Positions 10,625 to 22,142 of a stretch of 64,000 nt of DNA are shown in pieces. This DNA comes from Deinococcota bacterium. GTDB lineage: Bacteria; Deinococcota; Deinococci; Deinococcales; Thermaceae. Position numbers and translations under genes: made by a program. Under the pieces are notes generated by a model. It was not told where the DNA came from, made no database searches, and saw only the letters and a list, made by a program, of their open reading frames with translations. The stretch lies in contig JBGFRI010000005.1 in the NCBI GenBank assembly GCA_041695225.1, positions 32,001 to 96,000 on the forward strand. The letters run 5' to 3'. Each line of letters begins with the position of its first letter. Positions within the stretch are counted from its first letter, which is position 1.

Positions 10625-11503
10625 CTAGGGCCTGAGCAGCCTGGCAAGCTGCTCATACAGCTTTTCCTCTTCCGGGCTCGGGCTGGTGGGTATGGTAATG
10701 CGAATCTCGGCGTACAGGTCTCCACGGCTTTTGTCCTTGCGGGGCCAGCCCTTGCCGCCCAGCCGCAGCTTTCGTCCGGCCTGGGTGCGCCTGGGAATGG
10801 TTATGTCAAACGGGCCGTCCAGGGTCTCTACCCGCACCTTGCCACCCAGCACCGCTACCGGCGCTGGTACATCTATCACGGTATACAGGTCATCGCCCTC
10901 CAGTCGCATATCGGGCCTGGGTTGTAGCTTGATCTGGAGATACAGATCACCCCCAGCCCGGCCCTTTCCCGCAAGGCGAATTTTCTGGCCCTCCCGCACG
11001 CCGGGCGGAATTCTTACGGTTATCCGCTCGGAGCCGATGGAGATGGTCTTCTCACCCCCGCGATAGGCCTCCTCGAGGGCCAGGGTTAGCTCGGCTTCCA
11101 GGTCACCCCCCACCCGTCGCTGCCGCTGACGGGTGGTTTCTTCGAACAAGTCGCCCAGTCCCCCCCCTCCGCGCCCGGCGAAGTTGCCAAATAGCTGCTG
11201 AAAGAATTCGGAAAAATCACCCGGGTTGCCAGTAAAACCCCCAAAACCGCCCTGTCCGGGAGGGGGGCCCTGCCACTGCCCACTGCCTGGCGTACTGCCG
11301 TAGGTGTCGTAAAACTTGCGCTTTTCACTGTCGGACAAAACGGTATAGGCTTCGTTGATTTCTTTAAACCTGTCCTCGGCCCCAGGATCTTTGTTGACAT
11401 CGGGGTGGTATTTGCGGGCAAGTCTCTTGAAGGCCTTCTTAATTTCGTCTTCGGAGGCGTTCTTGGATACCCCGAGAATTTTGTAGTAGTCCTTGTAGGC
11501 CAT
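10625..11503 (-). CDS. dnaJ: DnaJ-class chaperone (J domain, G/F region, no zinc finger)
   Basis: [17 protein letters not shown]; third gene of the dnaK operon. Confidence 0.92.
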   Translation of the reverse strand: MAYKDYYKILGVSKNASEDEIKKAFKRLARKYHPDVNKDPGAEDRFKEINEAYTVLSDSEKRKFYDTYGSTPGSGQWQGPPPGQGGFGGFTGNPGDFSEFFQQLFGNFAGRGGGGLGDLFEETTRQRQRRVGGDLEAELTLALEEAYRGGEKTISIGSERITVRIPPGVREGQKIRLAGKGRAGGDLYLQIKLQPRPDMRLEGDDLYTVIDVPAPVAVLGGKVRVETLDGPFDITIPRRTQAGRKLRLGGKGWPRKDKSRGDLYAEIRITIPTSPSPEEEKLYEQLARLLRP

Positions 11504-11541
11504 AGAAGTGTCCCGAGTCTAGAGTCTGAAGTCTAGAGCCA

Positions 11542-12102
11542 TTAGTTTTCTTGAGCGCTCGACTCTTGACCCTCGACCTTCGGGGCCTCGCCGTTTCCCA
11601 CCACTACCCGCGCAGGCCTCACCAGCAGGTCGCCATACTTGAAACCCTGCTGGTAGACGTGCATCACCTTGCCGTCCTCGCCTAGGGCCGCACCGATGGC
11701 CTCGTGGTGGCGCGGGTCGAACTCTGCCCCTACCCCCGGCACCGCTTCTACACCCAGGCTCCGCAGGTTGCGGGAAAAGTTTTCCAGCACCGTCCGAACG
11801 CCTGGAATCAGGTCTTCGGGTTTCACGCTGGCAAAGCCTAAAGCCCGCTCGAGGTCGTCCTGGGTACTTAGCAGGGCCCGCACTGCCTCGAACTTACCGT
11901 TGCGCTGCGCAGCTTCCAGCTCGCTAATCATGCGCTTTTTGTAGTTCTCGAACTCGGCGTACAGGCGCAAGAACTTGTTTTTGGAGGCCTCGAGCTCGCC
12001 TTTCAAAAACTCCACCTCTCCTCTGAGTTTATCTATCTCAGCCTCCTGGGTTCGGCCCTGATCCGACGCAGACTGGTGCTGCACTTCTCTTTCGTTGCTC
12101 AT
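11542..12102 (-). CDS. grpE: Nucleotide exchange factor GrpE
   Basis: RLYAEFENYKKR, FDPRHHEA, QGFKYGDLLVRPARVVV. Confidence 0.95.
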   Translation of the reverse strand: MSNEREVQHQSASDQGRTQEAEIDKLRGEVEFLKGELEASKNKFLRLYAEFENYKKRMISELEAAQRNGKFEAVRALLSTQDDLERALGFASVKPEDLIPGVRTVLENFSRNLRSLGVEAVPGVGAEFDPRHHEAIGAALGEDGKVMHVYQQGFKYGDLLVRPARVVVGNGEAPKVEGQESSAQEN

Positions 12103-12174
12103 TTTCAAACCTCGGCTAACTCGGGGGAAGCCCAGGGCAGGAAATGTCGCCATTTCCCACCCTTCCCCTGCTCC

Positions 12175-14046
12175 TTAGTCGGCTGGCTTATAATCTGCGT
12201 CAATTACATCGTCGGTTTTTTGGGCAGCGGCGCCCTGGGATGCGCCAGAGGGCGCAGCTGCACCTTGCTCGTAGGCTTGCAGGGCCGCCAGCAGTTCCTC
12301 GGTTGCGGCGCGTAAATCGGCGTCGGAACCATCGTTATCCACCAGGGCCTTGGCCTTGCTTACCGCGGCCTCGAGCCTGCTCCTGGCCTCGGGAGTGCTT
12401 TGTTTTTCGCTCATCACCCGCTCGGCCTGGATGCGGGCGCTGTCCAGGCTGTTCTTCAGGTCAACATGTTCTTTGCGCTTGCGGTCGGCCTCGGCGTTGG
12501 CCTCGGCTTCCTTGATCATGCGGTCAATTTCCTGCTCGGAAAGGGTGGTGGTGTTCTGGATGGTGATCGAGGCTTCCTTGCCGGTAGACTTCTCCCTGGC
12601 CTTAACGCTCAAGATGCCGTTGCGGTCTATGTCGAAACTCACTTCAATCTGGGGCATACCTGCCGGCATGGGCGGGATGCCGTCCAGCCGGAAGCGGCCC
12701 AGGCTCTTGTTGTCAGCAGCCATGGGGCGCTCGCCCTGTACCACGTGAATCTCAACCGAAGGCTGGTTATGCTCGGCGGTGGTAAAAGTCTCCGAACGAG
12801 TGACCGGCACAGTGGTGTTGCGATTCACCAATACGGTTGCCACACCGCCTTTGGTCTCTACCCCCAGCGAGAGTGGGGTCACGTCCAGGAGCACCATATC
12901 CTCTACCGAACCGGTCAGGATACCAGCCTGTACCGCGGCCCCCAGCGCCACTACTTCGTCGGGGTTGACCGTGCGGTTGGGCTCCTTGCCCAGCATCTCC
13001 CGCACGATCTGCTGCACTGCCGGTACCCGGGTAGCGCCACCGACCAGCAGGATCTCGTGAATGGCACTGGCGCTCAGGTTGGCGTCGCGCAGGGCCTGTT
13101 CCACCGGGCCGCGGATCTTTTTGAGCAGGGGCTGGATCAGTTCCTCAAACTTGGCGCGGGTTAGCTTGCGCTCGAGGTGCAGCGGGGTTTTGGAAACCGG
13201 ATCAAGCCCAATGAAGGGCAGGCTGATGGTGGTCTCGGTAACTGCAGAAAGCTCGATCTTGGCCTTCTCCGAAGACTCAATCAGGCGCTGAAGGGCCTGG
13301 CGGTCGGCCTTGAGGTTAACCCCTCCCGACTCCTTCTTGAACTCCTCAATCAGCCAGTTGACGATGGCATGGTCCATGTCCGAGCCGCCCAGATGGGTAT
13401 CCCCAGCAGTAGCCAGCACCTTGAAGACCCCGCCCCCAATTTCCAGCACGGTCACATCAAAGGTGCCGCCCCCCAGGTCGAAGACCAGCACGGTCTCGTC
13501 ACCCTTCTTGTCCAGCCCATAGGCCAGGGCCGCCGCGGTAGGCTCGTTAACGATGCGCAAGACCTCCAGACCAGCAATCTTGCCAGCATTGGTGGTAGCC
13601 TCGCGCTGCGAGTTATTAAAGTAGGCCGGTACAGTAATCACCGCCCTGGTAATCTTCTCGCCAAGTTTTTTAGAAGCGTCATCCACCAGCTTTCGCAGAA
13701 TCATGGCCGAGATTTCCTCGGGGGTGTAGAGCTTACCCGCAATGTCTACCCGCACGCCCCCGTCGGGGCCCTGTACTACCTTGTAGGGGGCGCGCTTGAC
13801 CTCGTCCTGTACCTCGTCCCAGCTGCGCCCTATAAAGCGCTTGATCTCGAAGACGGTGCCCTCGGCGTTGAGCACGGCCTGACGGCGGGCCACCCGGCCC
13901 ACCAGCTGGTCCTTACCTTTAAAAGCAACCACACTGGGGGTGGTACGCTCACCCTCGGCGTTCTCGAGCACTACGGGCGAACCACCTTCCATGATGGCGA
14001 TCACGCTATTGGTTGTTCCCAGATCAATTCCTACGGCTCTTGCCAT
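12175..14046 (-). CDS. dnaK: Chaperone DnaK
   Basis: [35 protein letters not shown]. Confidence 0.98.
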   Translation of the reverse strand: MARAVGIDLGTTNSVIAIMEGGSPVVLENAEGERTTPSVVAFKGKDQLVGRVARRQAVLNAEGTVFEIKRFIGRSWDEVQDEVKRAPYKVVQGPDGGVRVDIAGKLYTPEEISAMILRKLVDDASKKLGEKITRAVITVPAYFNNSQREATTNAGKIAGLEVLRIVNEPTAAALAYGLDKKGDETVLVFDLGGGTFDVTVLEIGGGVFKVLATAGDTHLGGSDMDHAIVNWLIEEFKKESGGVNLKADRQALQRLIESSEKAKIELSAVTETTISLPFIGLDPVSKTPLHLERKLTRAKFEELIQPLLKKIRGPVEQALRDANLSASAIHEILLVGGATRVPAVQQIVREMLGKEPNRTVNPDEVVALGAAVQAGILTGSVEDMVLLDVTPLSLGVETKGGVATVLVNRNTTVPVTRSETFTTAEHNQPSVEIHVVQGERPMAADNKSLGRFRLDGIPPMPAGMPQIEVSFDIDRNGILSVKAREKSTGKEASITIQNTTTLSEQEIDRMIKEAEANAEADRKRKEHVDLKNSLDSARIQAERVMSEKQSTPEARSRLEAAVSKAKALVDNDGSDADLRAATEELLAALQAYEQGAAAPSGASQGAAAQKTDDVIDADYKPAD

Positions 14047-14088
14047 ATACCCTCCGGCAGCCGTGCTAAGCACGGCTCACTAGTCCAT

Positions 14089-14117
14089 AGAATAGCTTTT
14101 GTTAATCATATAGTCAA
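14089..14117 (-). promoter_or_regulatory. Sigma-A promoter of the dnaK operon
   Basis: TTGACT-N17-TATTCT on the minus strand. Confidence 0.65.
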
Positions 14118-14121
14118 TAGA

Positions 14122-14142
14122 GTTGAGTGTAGTGTTGTCAAG
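14122..14142. promoter_or_regulatory. HAIR-like operator (HspR binding site)
   Basis: gTTGAGT-N7-tgTCAAG versus consensus CTTGAGT-N7-ACTCAAG, immediately upstream of the dnaK promoter. Confidence 0.65.
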
Positions 14143-14179
14143 TTGGACTGCTCAGTCGGCGTCTCTTGGTGCCGTAATA

Positions 14180-14477
14180 AGTTTTCCATGAGCTGCGCGC
14201 ACCCGTGGAGACAAAACAGAAGGGAGTTTCTTGGCAGGTTTTAGCGAGCCGGGGATGCCTCCCTTAACAAGGGGGGTGGTGAGCGTCGGCGAGCCGGGGG
14301 GATTGTTCCAGGGAACACTCGCAGCGATTTCGCAGACTCTATAAATCACCGTACCCACCCTCCCGATCCCCCCAACCCCCCTTAGTAATGGGGTTTGAAA
14401 GAGCCCTGCAGCAAGGGAGTTTTCCATGAGCTGCATGCACCCGTGGCGAAGAAACGGAAGGGAGTTTATTTGGTAGG
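14180..14477 (+). repeat. ~300-bp dispersed element (MITE/BIME-like), copy 1
   Basis: Terminal ~59-bp direct repeats (14180-14238, 14418-14477) and internal cccc-N-gggg palindromes; inverted copy at 37961-38255. Confidence 0.85.
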
Positions 14478-14703
14478 TTAGCGGTACCCAGAGGTGGTCC
14501 AAGGTTTGCAGGGCAGGGTCATCCGTTAGCGTGGTGGAGCCTGTAGTTCCGCCACAGAATGGGGTTTGACCCTTCTAGAATGCCCGCTGTCGGTACCCCC
14601 AGGAGCGTTTGCAAGCTACCCTGAGACCGCAGCGGCGCAGATGCGTTTGACATGGCTTGCACGATTGACAATCTATTGCCATCCGCTTTTGCACCGGAAG
14701 CCG

Positions 14704-15096
14704 CTATCGGCGCTTACGACCGCCCTTTCCGCCGCCAGGTTTTTTTCCGCCACCACTGCCGCTACCAAAACCACCGGAGCCGCGCAAAAAGCTTTTCAGC
14801 TTGTTCTCAAACTCGGGGGCCTGACGGGGCAGGCGCTTGGGCCGGGGGGGTTCAATGGGCGCCGGGGTAAGTTCTTTGATGGAAAGGTCTAGCCGGCCCT
14901 TATCGTCGCGGCCAAGCACCAGCACCGAGATCACATCCCCTTCATTCAGGTGATCGCGGATGTTTTTGACAAACTCGTGGGCTACCTGCGAGATGTGTAC
15001 CAGCCCCGACTCTCCAGTGGGAAACTCAACAAAAGCCCCAAACTCCATGATTCGCGTGACGCGACCTTCTACGATTGCACCGGCTTCAAGCTCCAT
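14704..15096 (-). CDS. S1 RNA-binding domain protein
   Basis: GRVTRIMEFGAFVE..GLVHISQV..LDLSIK. Confidence 0.92.
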   Translation of the reverse strand: MELEAGAIVEGRVTRIMEFGAFVEFPTGESGLVHISQVAHEFVKNIRDHLNEGDVISVLVLGRDDKGRLDLSIKELTPAPIEPPRPKRLPRQAPEFENKLKSFLRGSGGFGSGSGGGKKPGGGKGGRKRR

Positions 15097-15305
15097 TCAG
15101 GCCTTCCTCCAAAACGACGCGAAATCCCACAACCCTAGTGTACTAAAGCCGACGGGGTTCACGGTACGCCACTATATCATCTGCTGCTCATGGCACTGTA
15201 AAGGGCTCGAGAGTCTTGTTACTAGAACCGACTCCTCGAGTGCTGTGACGTATTTCCAACACTAGCTGTCCAAAGTGATATATTGAAACGACGGAGGAAT
15301 TCCAG

Positions 15306-16490
<1,185 letters not shown>

Positions 16491-16632
16491 GAGAAACAAC
16501 ATCCACCCAGCAGCAAAAGCAAAGCTAAAACGGGGTTTTCTACCAGACCGGCTATAATCCTCAGCCACCCTCTCGCCGGTGGCTTTATAGCCCCTGCTCC
16601 CCCAACCCCCTCTGCCCTGCTATCCTTTCTTC

Positions 16633-17697
16633 GTGTACGAGCTAATCAGACCCTGGCTGTTTCGCCAGGACCCCGAGTCTATCCACGAGCAGGTTATGCA
16701 TGGTCTGGCCTGGCTGGGGCAGCGGGGGCCAGGCCTGGAGCTGGTGCGACGTCTCTGCACGGTGGCAGACAAGCGGCTTGAGGTCAGGGCCTTTGGCCTC
16801 GAGTTCCCCAATCCCATCGGGCTGGCGGCTGGCTTCGACAAAAACGCGATAGCGGTGCGGGCCTGGCCTGCCCTGGGCTTTGGACATGTAGAGATCGGCT
16901 CGGTAACGGCGCTGGCCCAGCCGGGAAACGAGCGGCCCCGGTTGTTTCGGCTGCCCAAAGACCAGGCGCTGATTAACCGCATGGGCTTCAATAACGACGG
17001 GGCCGATGCCGTGGCAGCAAGGCTCGAGCGCTTGCAGCAGACCTTTGGCAGACCCTCGGTTCCGCTGGGCATCAACTTGGGAAAGTCGAAGGTAACGCCT
17101 TTAGAACAAGCCCCCCAGGACTACCTGCAAAGCCTGTCCAGGCTCTGGCCCTATGGCGACTATTTCGCTATCAACGTAAGCTCGCCCAACACGCCGGGGT
17201 TGCGAGCCTTGCAGGATAAGGACAGGCTGGAAGAGTTACTCTCGGCCCTGACTAGTTTTGTGCAAAACCGCAAACCACTGCTGCTCAAAATCGCACCGGA
17301 TTTGACCTGGGAGCAGATTGACGAGATTCTGGCCCTGGTGGAGCAGTACCGGCTTTCGGGGCTGATCGCTACCAACACCAGTATCAGCCGCGCCGGTCTG
17401 AAAACCATAATTAGCGAGACCGGCGGACTCTCGGGGAGGCCGCTGCAACAGCGCTCGCTGGAGGTGCTCCGGTATCTGCATAAACAGCTTAGGGGCCGCC
17501 TGCCGATTGTCTCGGTGGGGGGTATCTTCAGCCCAGAGGAGGTGTGGGAGCGGCTGGCCTGCGGGGCCACGCTGGTGCAGGTGTACACCGGTTTTGTCTA
17601 CGAAGGGCCGTGCCTGCCAAAAAAGCTGTGCAGGGGACTGCTGAACCGAATGACTAAAGCAGGCATCGGTAGCCTGGAGCAGCTCAGTCCTGGGTAG
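16633..17697 (+). CDS. pyrD: Dihydroorotate dehydrogenase (quinone, class 2)
   Basis: GLAAGFDKN, INRMGFNN, NVSSPNTPGLR, LLKIAPD, GGLSG. Confidence 0.96.
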   Translation: MYELIRPWLFRQDPESIHEQVMHGLAWLGQRGPGLELVRRLCTVADKRLEVRAFGLEFPNPIGLAAGFDKNAIAVRAWPALGFGHVEIGSVTALAQPGNERPRLFRLPKDQALINRMGFNNDGADAVAARLERLQQTFGRPSVPLGINLGKSKVTPLEQAPQDYLQSLSRLWPYGDYFAINVSSPNTPGLRALQDKDRLEELLSALTSFVQNRKPLLLKIAPDLTWEQIDEILALVEQYRLSGLIATNTSISRAGLKTIISETGGLSGRPLQQRSLEVLRYLHKQLRGRLPIVSVGGIFSPEEVWERLACGATLVQVYTGFVYEGPCLPKKLCRGLLNRMTKAGIGSLEQLSPG

Positions 17698-18511
17698 CCA
17701 GCAGCTCCCGAATTTCCTGAAGCCTCGCCTCGGCGGCCAGCTCACCGTCGCGGATGGCCTGGCCCTGCTGCTGAAAACTAAACAACCCGATGCCCTCGAG
17801 GCTGGGTCTGAGTATCAGATCGGGCCGAGACACCGCCAGCTTGACTTCGGCCAGCCGGATCTGCATGATCTCGATGGACCGGTAGACATTCTGGATGGGG
17901 TTTACATCGGTTCCCCGCCGAAAAATCTTGTCCCACCAGTTTTTCTGTTGCGGTTTGTCGCGCAACACCTGCAGGGGGGTAACGTCCACCGCTATTACCC
18001 GCTCAGACCCCAAAAAGCGCGCCAGATCCACCGGAATCTGGTTCAGGATGCCCCCATCCGCCAGCAGTTGATGGCCTACCCAGATCGGGTTGATGGCCCC
18101 CGGATAGGCAATGGAGGCGCGTATAGCCTGAAACACGTCGCCCTGGCGAAAGTAGACCTCGGTTCCGGTGATCAGGTCGGTAGCGGTGATGCCGAAGGGA
18201 ACTGGAAAATCTTCAATCTGTCGTGGAATATGCGGCTCCAAGAGCCGCACTACCTCAGCAAAATTGAGCACGCCGCCCAGAGGGTTCAGATCCAGAAACC
18301 GCCAGATGGGCGTTTGCGACAAGACTTCCTGCACCTCGTCTGCGTTGTGGCCGGCGGCAAAAACCGCCCCTATCATGCTGCCCATGCTGGTTCCGGCAAT
18401 AGCGCTGGGCCTGAAACCTTCGCGCTCCAGTACCCGCATTACCCCTACGTGGGCGTAGCCCCTGGCGCCTCCGCCCCCCAGGGCCAGCCCAAAGCGCTTG
18501 AACTCAATCAT
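17684..18511 (-). CDS. Patatin-like phospholipase
   Basis: GGGGARG, GTSMG, DGG motifs. Confidence 0.93.
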   Translation of the reverse strand: MIEFKRFGLALGGGGARGYAHVGVMRVLEREGFRPSAIAGTSMGSMIGAVFAAGHNADEVQEVLSQTPIWRFLDLNPLGGVLNFAEVVRLLEPHIPRQIEDFPVPFGITATDLITGTEVYFRQGDVFQAIRASIAYPGAINPIWVGHQLLADGGILNQIPVDLARFLGSERVIAVDVTPLQVLRDKPQQKNWWDKIFRRGTDVNPIQNVYRSIEIMQIRLAEVKLAVSRPDLILRPSLEGIGLFSFQQQGQAIRDGELAAEARLQEIRELLATQD

Positions 18512-18590
18512 ACCCTAGACTAAAGCAAAACCGCCGCGGCTGCCTTAATCCTTGGAAAAACTGGCATCCGGACAGCCCCCAGGTACTGCC

Positions 18591-18998
18591 TCATGCGGCG
18601 TCAAGGAAACGCTTTTTGAGCTCCGGGGTAGGAACCATGCAGCGCTCGAGCCGACCAAAAATGCGGTAGCGGTTTTTGGCAATTAGCCGGTAGGCCCAGT
18701 CCCGCAAAGGCTTGGGAAAAAACCGCAGCGCTGCCGGAATACTCCAGACGCCGCCCAGCCGATACAGGATGCGAAAAATAGCATCCGAATCGAGCCAGAC
18801 CCGCTCCCCCTCGATCACCACCACACCACCAGCAAGTCCCGCACTGGTGGGGATGCCATGCTGACGCAAAAGCCTGCGCCCGGCAGCAGACTGCTGCGAG
18901 GCAAACTGAAACCTGGCCCGGGAGTCGTGGCGGATGATGAATCGCACGGTCCGGTTACAGAGGTTACAGACCCCATCAAACAGCACGATCATCCTCAT
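18591..18998 (-). CDS. Thiol-disulfide oxidoreductase DCC family (DUF393)
   Basis: FDGVCNLC; YRLIAKNRYRIFG. Confidence 0.92.
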   Translation of the reverse strand: MRMIVLFDGVCNLCNRTVRFIIRHDSRARFQFASQQSAAGRRLLRQHGIPTSAGLAGGVVVIEGERVWLDSDAIFRILYRLGGVWSIPAALRFFPKPLRDWAYRLIAKNRYRIFGRLERCMVPTPELKKRFLDAA

Positions 18999-19211
18999 GG
19001 CTTTAGCTTAGTACAAACCCGGGCTCGCTTTTGTAGGTTCGATTGCCAGGCAGGATGGGTTGGGTGGCGGCTAATCGGACGTAGGGCCTACGGATTTGTC
19101 CTCTGCTTTGCCTGTCCTGCCCTGCAATACTTGGCCAACCGGGATATTTGTAACCTGCTTGGCATCTTAGGCTGGTCGTATTGCTAGAATGTGCAACACG
19201 GGGTCGTCATA

Positions 19212-20186
19212 GTGAAACTCTTAGATAAATACGGGCGAATCATCAAAGACTTGCGGCTTTCGGTCACGCCGCGCTGCAACCTGCACTGCCTCTACTGTCA
19301 TCCCCAGGGCTTTGAACAGCCCGAACCCCCTGGCGTCATATCGGTCGAAGAGACCCGCCAGTTTATAAGCGCCATGCAACTCTTGGGCCTGGAATCGGTG
19401 CGTTTTACTGGGGGCGAGCCGTTAATTCGTAAAGAACTACCCGAGATGATTGCTGTGGCACAGGAGCTGGGTATTCCCGATATCGCCATCACCACCAACG
19501 GCCTGCTGTTCAAGCGCAAGGCCAGGGAGCTGCTAGCCGCCGGTCTCAAGCGCATCAATCTCTCCATGGACTCCGTTACCCCTGAGGTGTTCAGGACCAT
19601 GACCCGTGGCGGCGAGGTAAAAAGAGTCTGGGAGGCTATCGAAACCGCCTGGGAACTGGGTCTGGTGCCAGTAAAAATCAACGCGGTGATGATTCGTGGC
19701 ATGAACGATAAAGAGGTTATTCCGTTGGCCTCGCTCTCGCTAGACAGGCCTTTAGAGGTGCGCTTTCTGGAGTACATGCACCTTGATAACTCTAACCCCC
19801 AGCTCTACCAGCAACGCTTCATTGCCGGGGCCGAGACCAAAGCCAAAATAGAGGCCCACTTTGGCCCGCTGGACAAGGTCGAAAACGATCCCACCGCCCC
19901 TGCACGGCTCTATAAGATTCCTGGCGCAGTAGGCAGCATTGGCTTTATCAACCCTGTCGCCGAACCATTCTGTTCTAAGTGCTCCCGCCTGCGCCTGACC
20001 TCCGACAAAAAGATCCGCCCTTGTCTCTTAACCGACCTCGAGCTGGATATCGCCTGGGCCTTCAAAGCCCCTAACCCAGTTGAGGCTCTGGTAGACGCTA
20101 TTCTGCTGGCCACCGACCGGAAGCCCGCCTTCGGCAACACCCTCCCCACCCTGCGCGAGCGGGTGATGGTCGGAATCGGAGGGTAG
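19212..20186 (+). CDS. moaA: GTP 3',8-cyclase MoaA
   Basis: CNLHCLYC radical-SAM motif, FCSKCSRLRL..PCL, C-terminal IGG. Confidence 0.95.
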   Translation: MKLLDKYGRIIKDLRLSVTPRCNLHCLYCHPQGFEQPEPPGVISVEETRQFISAMQLLGLESVRFTGGEPLIRKELPEMIAVAQELGIPDIAITTNGLLFKRKARELLAAGLKRINLSMDSVTPEVFRTMTRGGEVKRVWEAIETAWELGLVPVKINAVMIRGMNDKEVIPLASLSLDRPLEVRFLEYMHLDNSNPQLYQQRFIAGAETKAKIEAHFGPLDKVENDPTAPARLYKIPGAVGSIGFINPVAEPFCSKCSRLRLTSDKKIRPCLLTDLELDIAWAFKAPNPVEALVDAILLATDRKPAFGNTLPTLRERVMVGIGG

Positions 20187-20335
20187 CCTCGCATAATCTT
20201 TCGGCACAGTGGCGGTCGGAAGCTTTGCCGCTTTTTACATGAGTCACACAACCTGGTCAGGTAAAGCATCCGGGTGGTTCCCTGCCCATGCAGAGAAGGT
20301 CAGGTTGCTTTAGCAGGTAGAACGTAACTCTAGAT

Positions 20336-20464
20336 CACCTCCCCCCATTGCGGGGGAGGGCAGGGAGTGGGGTCTCGGCGCCAGCCGGGGTTTTCTCTTC
20401 GTGTCTTAACGTTTCGCCTTCGGCTCACACCCCCACCTAGCCTCCCCCCGTCGAGGGGGAGGAG
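20336..20464. repeat. Inverted pair of REP-like palindromes
   Basis: ctccccccattgcgggggagggcagggagtgggg ... ccccacctagcctccccccgtcgagggggagg. Confidence 0.7.
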
Positions 20465-20621
20465 CTACGGAGGAGTAGTAGCTCGCATCTTTCAGTAGAG
20501 AGTTTGTCTGAATCGCAGGTCATGATGACCACTTCTACCAGCACTGAGGGCAAGGGCCGGACGGATAGCACCCCATATCCCGGTCGCGTAGCAGCAGTGC
20601 GGGATTGCTTATGATTTATTT

Positions 20622-21326
20622 ATGGACTACGACATAATTGTGGTGGGTGCGGGGTTTGCTGGCTCCGAGGGGGCCTACGCGCTGGCCAATAGGGGGCTGC
20701 GGGTGGGGCTGGTCACCACCAGTCTGGACTCGGTCTTCCTCCCTTTCACACCCATTCGTGCCCCCTTTCCTGCGGGCTCTTTGCTGGCCGAGGTGGGGGA
20801 AGACAACCTCGGCGGCTGGGAACTGCACTGTCGAGCCAAGTATAAGCTGGAAAACCACCCTCGGATTCACCTCTTACAGCTCTCGGTTACCCAGTTGTTG
20901 CTGAAAGGGCCGGCGGTGGTGGGCATCAAGAGTTGGGAAGGGCCACAAAAGACTGCCCCTAAGGTGGTACTGGCGCTGGGTAGTTTCATGGGGCCCAGGC
21001 TTTATATCGGCAGCATGACCGAGCAGGCCGGGCGGCTTTCGGAGGTAGCCTATCCCGACCTGTACCAGCATCTAGAGCAGCTCGGCTTTGCCTTCAATGT
21101 AGCCCAGGCCGAGGTTACTGAGCAGGGTGGAACCCCTGGTTATCGTGTGGAGTACAAGGTTTTTGCTAAGAGTGAGTGGGATCAGCCTTCCTTCCGGCTG
21201 CACCGCTTGGCCGGTCTGTACGGACTGGGCCTGTGTGTACTGGGCCAGGGAACCTATTCTGGCATGGCCGAAGAAGGGTTGCGCCTGGCAGTAGCCCTGA
21301 GCCAACCACCGCATTCCCGTGGCTAG
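20622..21326 (+). CDS. Short GidA/MnmG-related FAD-dependent protein
   Basis: IIVVGAGFAGSEGA, EQAGRLSE; 234 aa, matching the small GidA form. Confidence 0.85.
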   Translation: MDYDIIVVGAGFAGSEGAYALANRGLRVGLVTTSLDSVFLPFTPIRAPFPAGSLLAEVGEDNLGGWELHCRAKYKLENHPRIHLLQLSVTQLLLKGPAVVGIKSWEGPQKTAPKVVLALGSFMGPRLYIGSMTEQAGRLSEVAYPDLYQHLEQLGFAFNVAQAEVTEQGGTPGYRVEYKVFAKSEWDQPSFRLHRLAGLYGLGLCVLGQGTYSGMAEEGLRLAVALSQPPHSRG

Positions 21327-21568
21327 CCAACCCTATTTCAATGGGAACTGGCGCTGTTCGAGCAGTTTGTGCGACTTGCCATCCAGCCGCAGTAACGGAC
21401 AGTCCTCGTAGTTTTCGCCGGCCAAAAGCCCCTTGGTAGATCAGATTGTCGGTTTGTGGTGGGTAAAGTCGCGACTCAGCGCCCAGACGGGCTCGGCGGG
21501 ATTCAGTCCAAACCAGGCCACCAGCCGCTATAGCCCACCCTCGTGCGCCAGAGCACCAGCAAAGGCAA

Positions 21569-21592
21569 GTCGGCTGTATTTGGTTGTTATGT
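21569..21592 (-). mobile_element. Partial or degenerate attC (left arm) closing the hicBA cassette
   Basis: ACATAAC-aacca-aatacagccgac on the minus strand just after the hicA stop; right arm not clearly present. Confidence 0.5.
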
Positions 21593-21602
21593 GACGGGTG
21601 TT

Positions 21603-21824
21603 CTAGATGGCAGCGACGAATTCATTGACCGTGAGATTAGCCGAGCGGATCAGGCTACGGAGTGTGCCCTTGGCAACCTCTTTGTCGTCGGGGACACAGA
21701 GCGTCACTAGCTCGCCCTCTTTAGTCATGATAATGTGGCTGCCGCGTTGGCGGGCGACCGCCCATCCGAAGGACTCGAAGACCCGGACCACCTCGCGCCC
21801 GCTTAAGGCTGGCAGCGAGGCCAT
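21603..21824 (-). CDS. hicA: HicA-family toxin (cassette-borne)
   Basis: LSGREVVRVFESFGW..RQRGSHIIM..VP..KEVAKGTLRSLIR; TAATG coupling to hicB. Confidence 0.9.
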   Translation of the reverse strand: MASLPALSGREVVRVFESFGWAVARQRGSHIIMTKEGELVTLCVPDDKEVAKGTLRSLIRSANLTVNEFVAAI

Positions 21825-22030
21825 TACGCTGCAACCTCTACCTGGCGTGTCTCGATAGTCAGTGGCATCCCTTTCTCGGCACGCACTTCTAGACATAGCG
21901 CAATGGCTTCTTTAATGTTTTCCAGCGCTTCGTCCTTCGTCGCCCCTTGGCTTACGCAGCCGGGGATCGCCGGGCACTCGACTACCCAGACCCCATCTTC
22001 GTCCCGATCAAGCGTTACGCTGAATTTCAT
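21824..22030 (-). CDS. hicB: HicB-family antitoxin (short form)
   Basis: DEDGVWVVECPAIPGCVSQGATKDEALENIKEAI; GGAGGT RBS. Confidence 0.92.
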   Translation of the reverse strand: MKFSVTLDRDEDGVWVVECPAIPGCVSQGATKDEALENIKEAIALCLEVRAEKGMPLTIETRQVEVAA

Positions 22031-22080
22031 ATCCACCTCCGTCACATAATCATGTCAAAACACCATAAATGCAGCAAGAC

Positions 22081-22142
22081 TTCTAACGGCACGCGCTTCA
22101 GCCGCCGGGCGAAGCGAGGTCGGCTGCAAGCACATGTTAGCC
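22081..22142 (-). mobile_element. Integron attC site (62 bp)
   Basis: Minus strand GGCTAAC-atgtgc-TTGCAGCC...GGCTGAA-gcgcgtgcc-GTTAGAA with an extrahelical G; the upstream gene's stop TAA lies in R''. Confidence 0.9.

Noticed and set aside
13177..14244. 355-aa plus-strand ORF, and other long antisense ORFs such as 58947-59879 and 62852-63778
   Set aside because: Shadow frames opposite well-supported genes (dnaK, phnE/phnM, trpD), expected in high-GC DNA.
19212..20186. Radical-SAM gene as the missing radical source for the atypical PhnJ
   Set aside because: It is a typical MoaA with a C-terminal GG motif, about 25 kb away and without the Pho-box-like motif.
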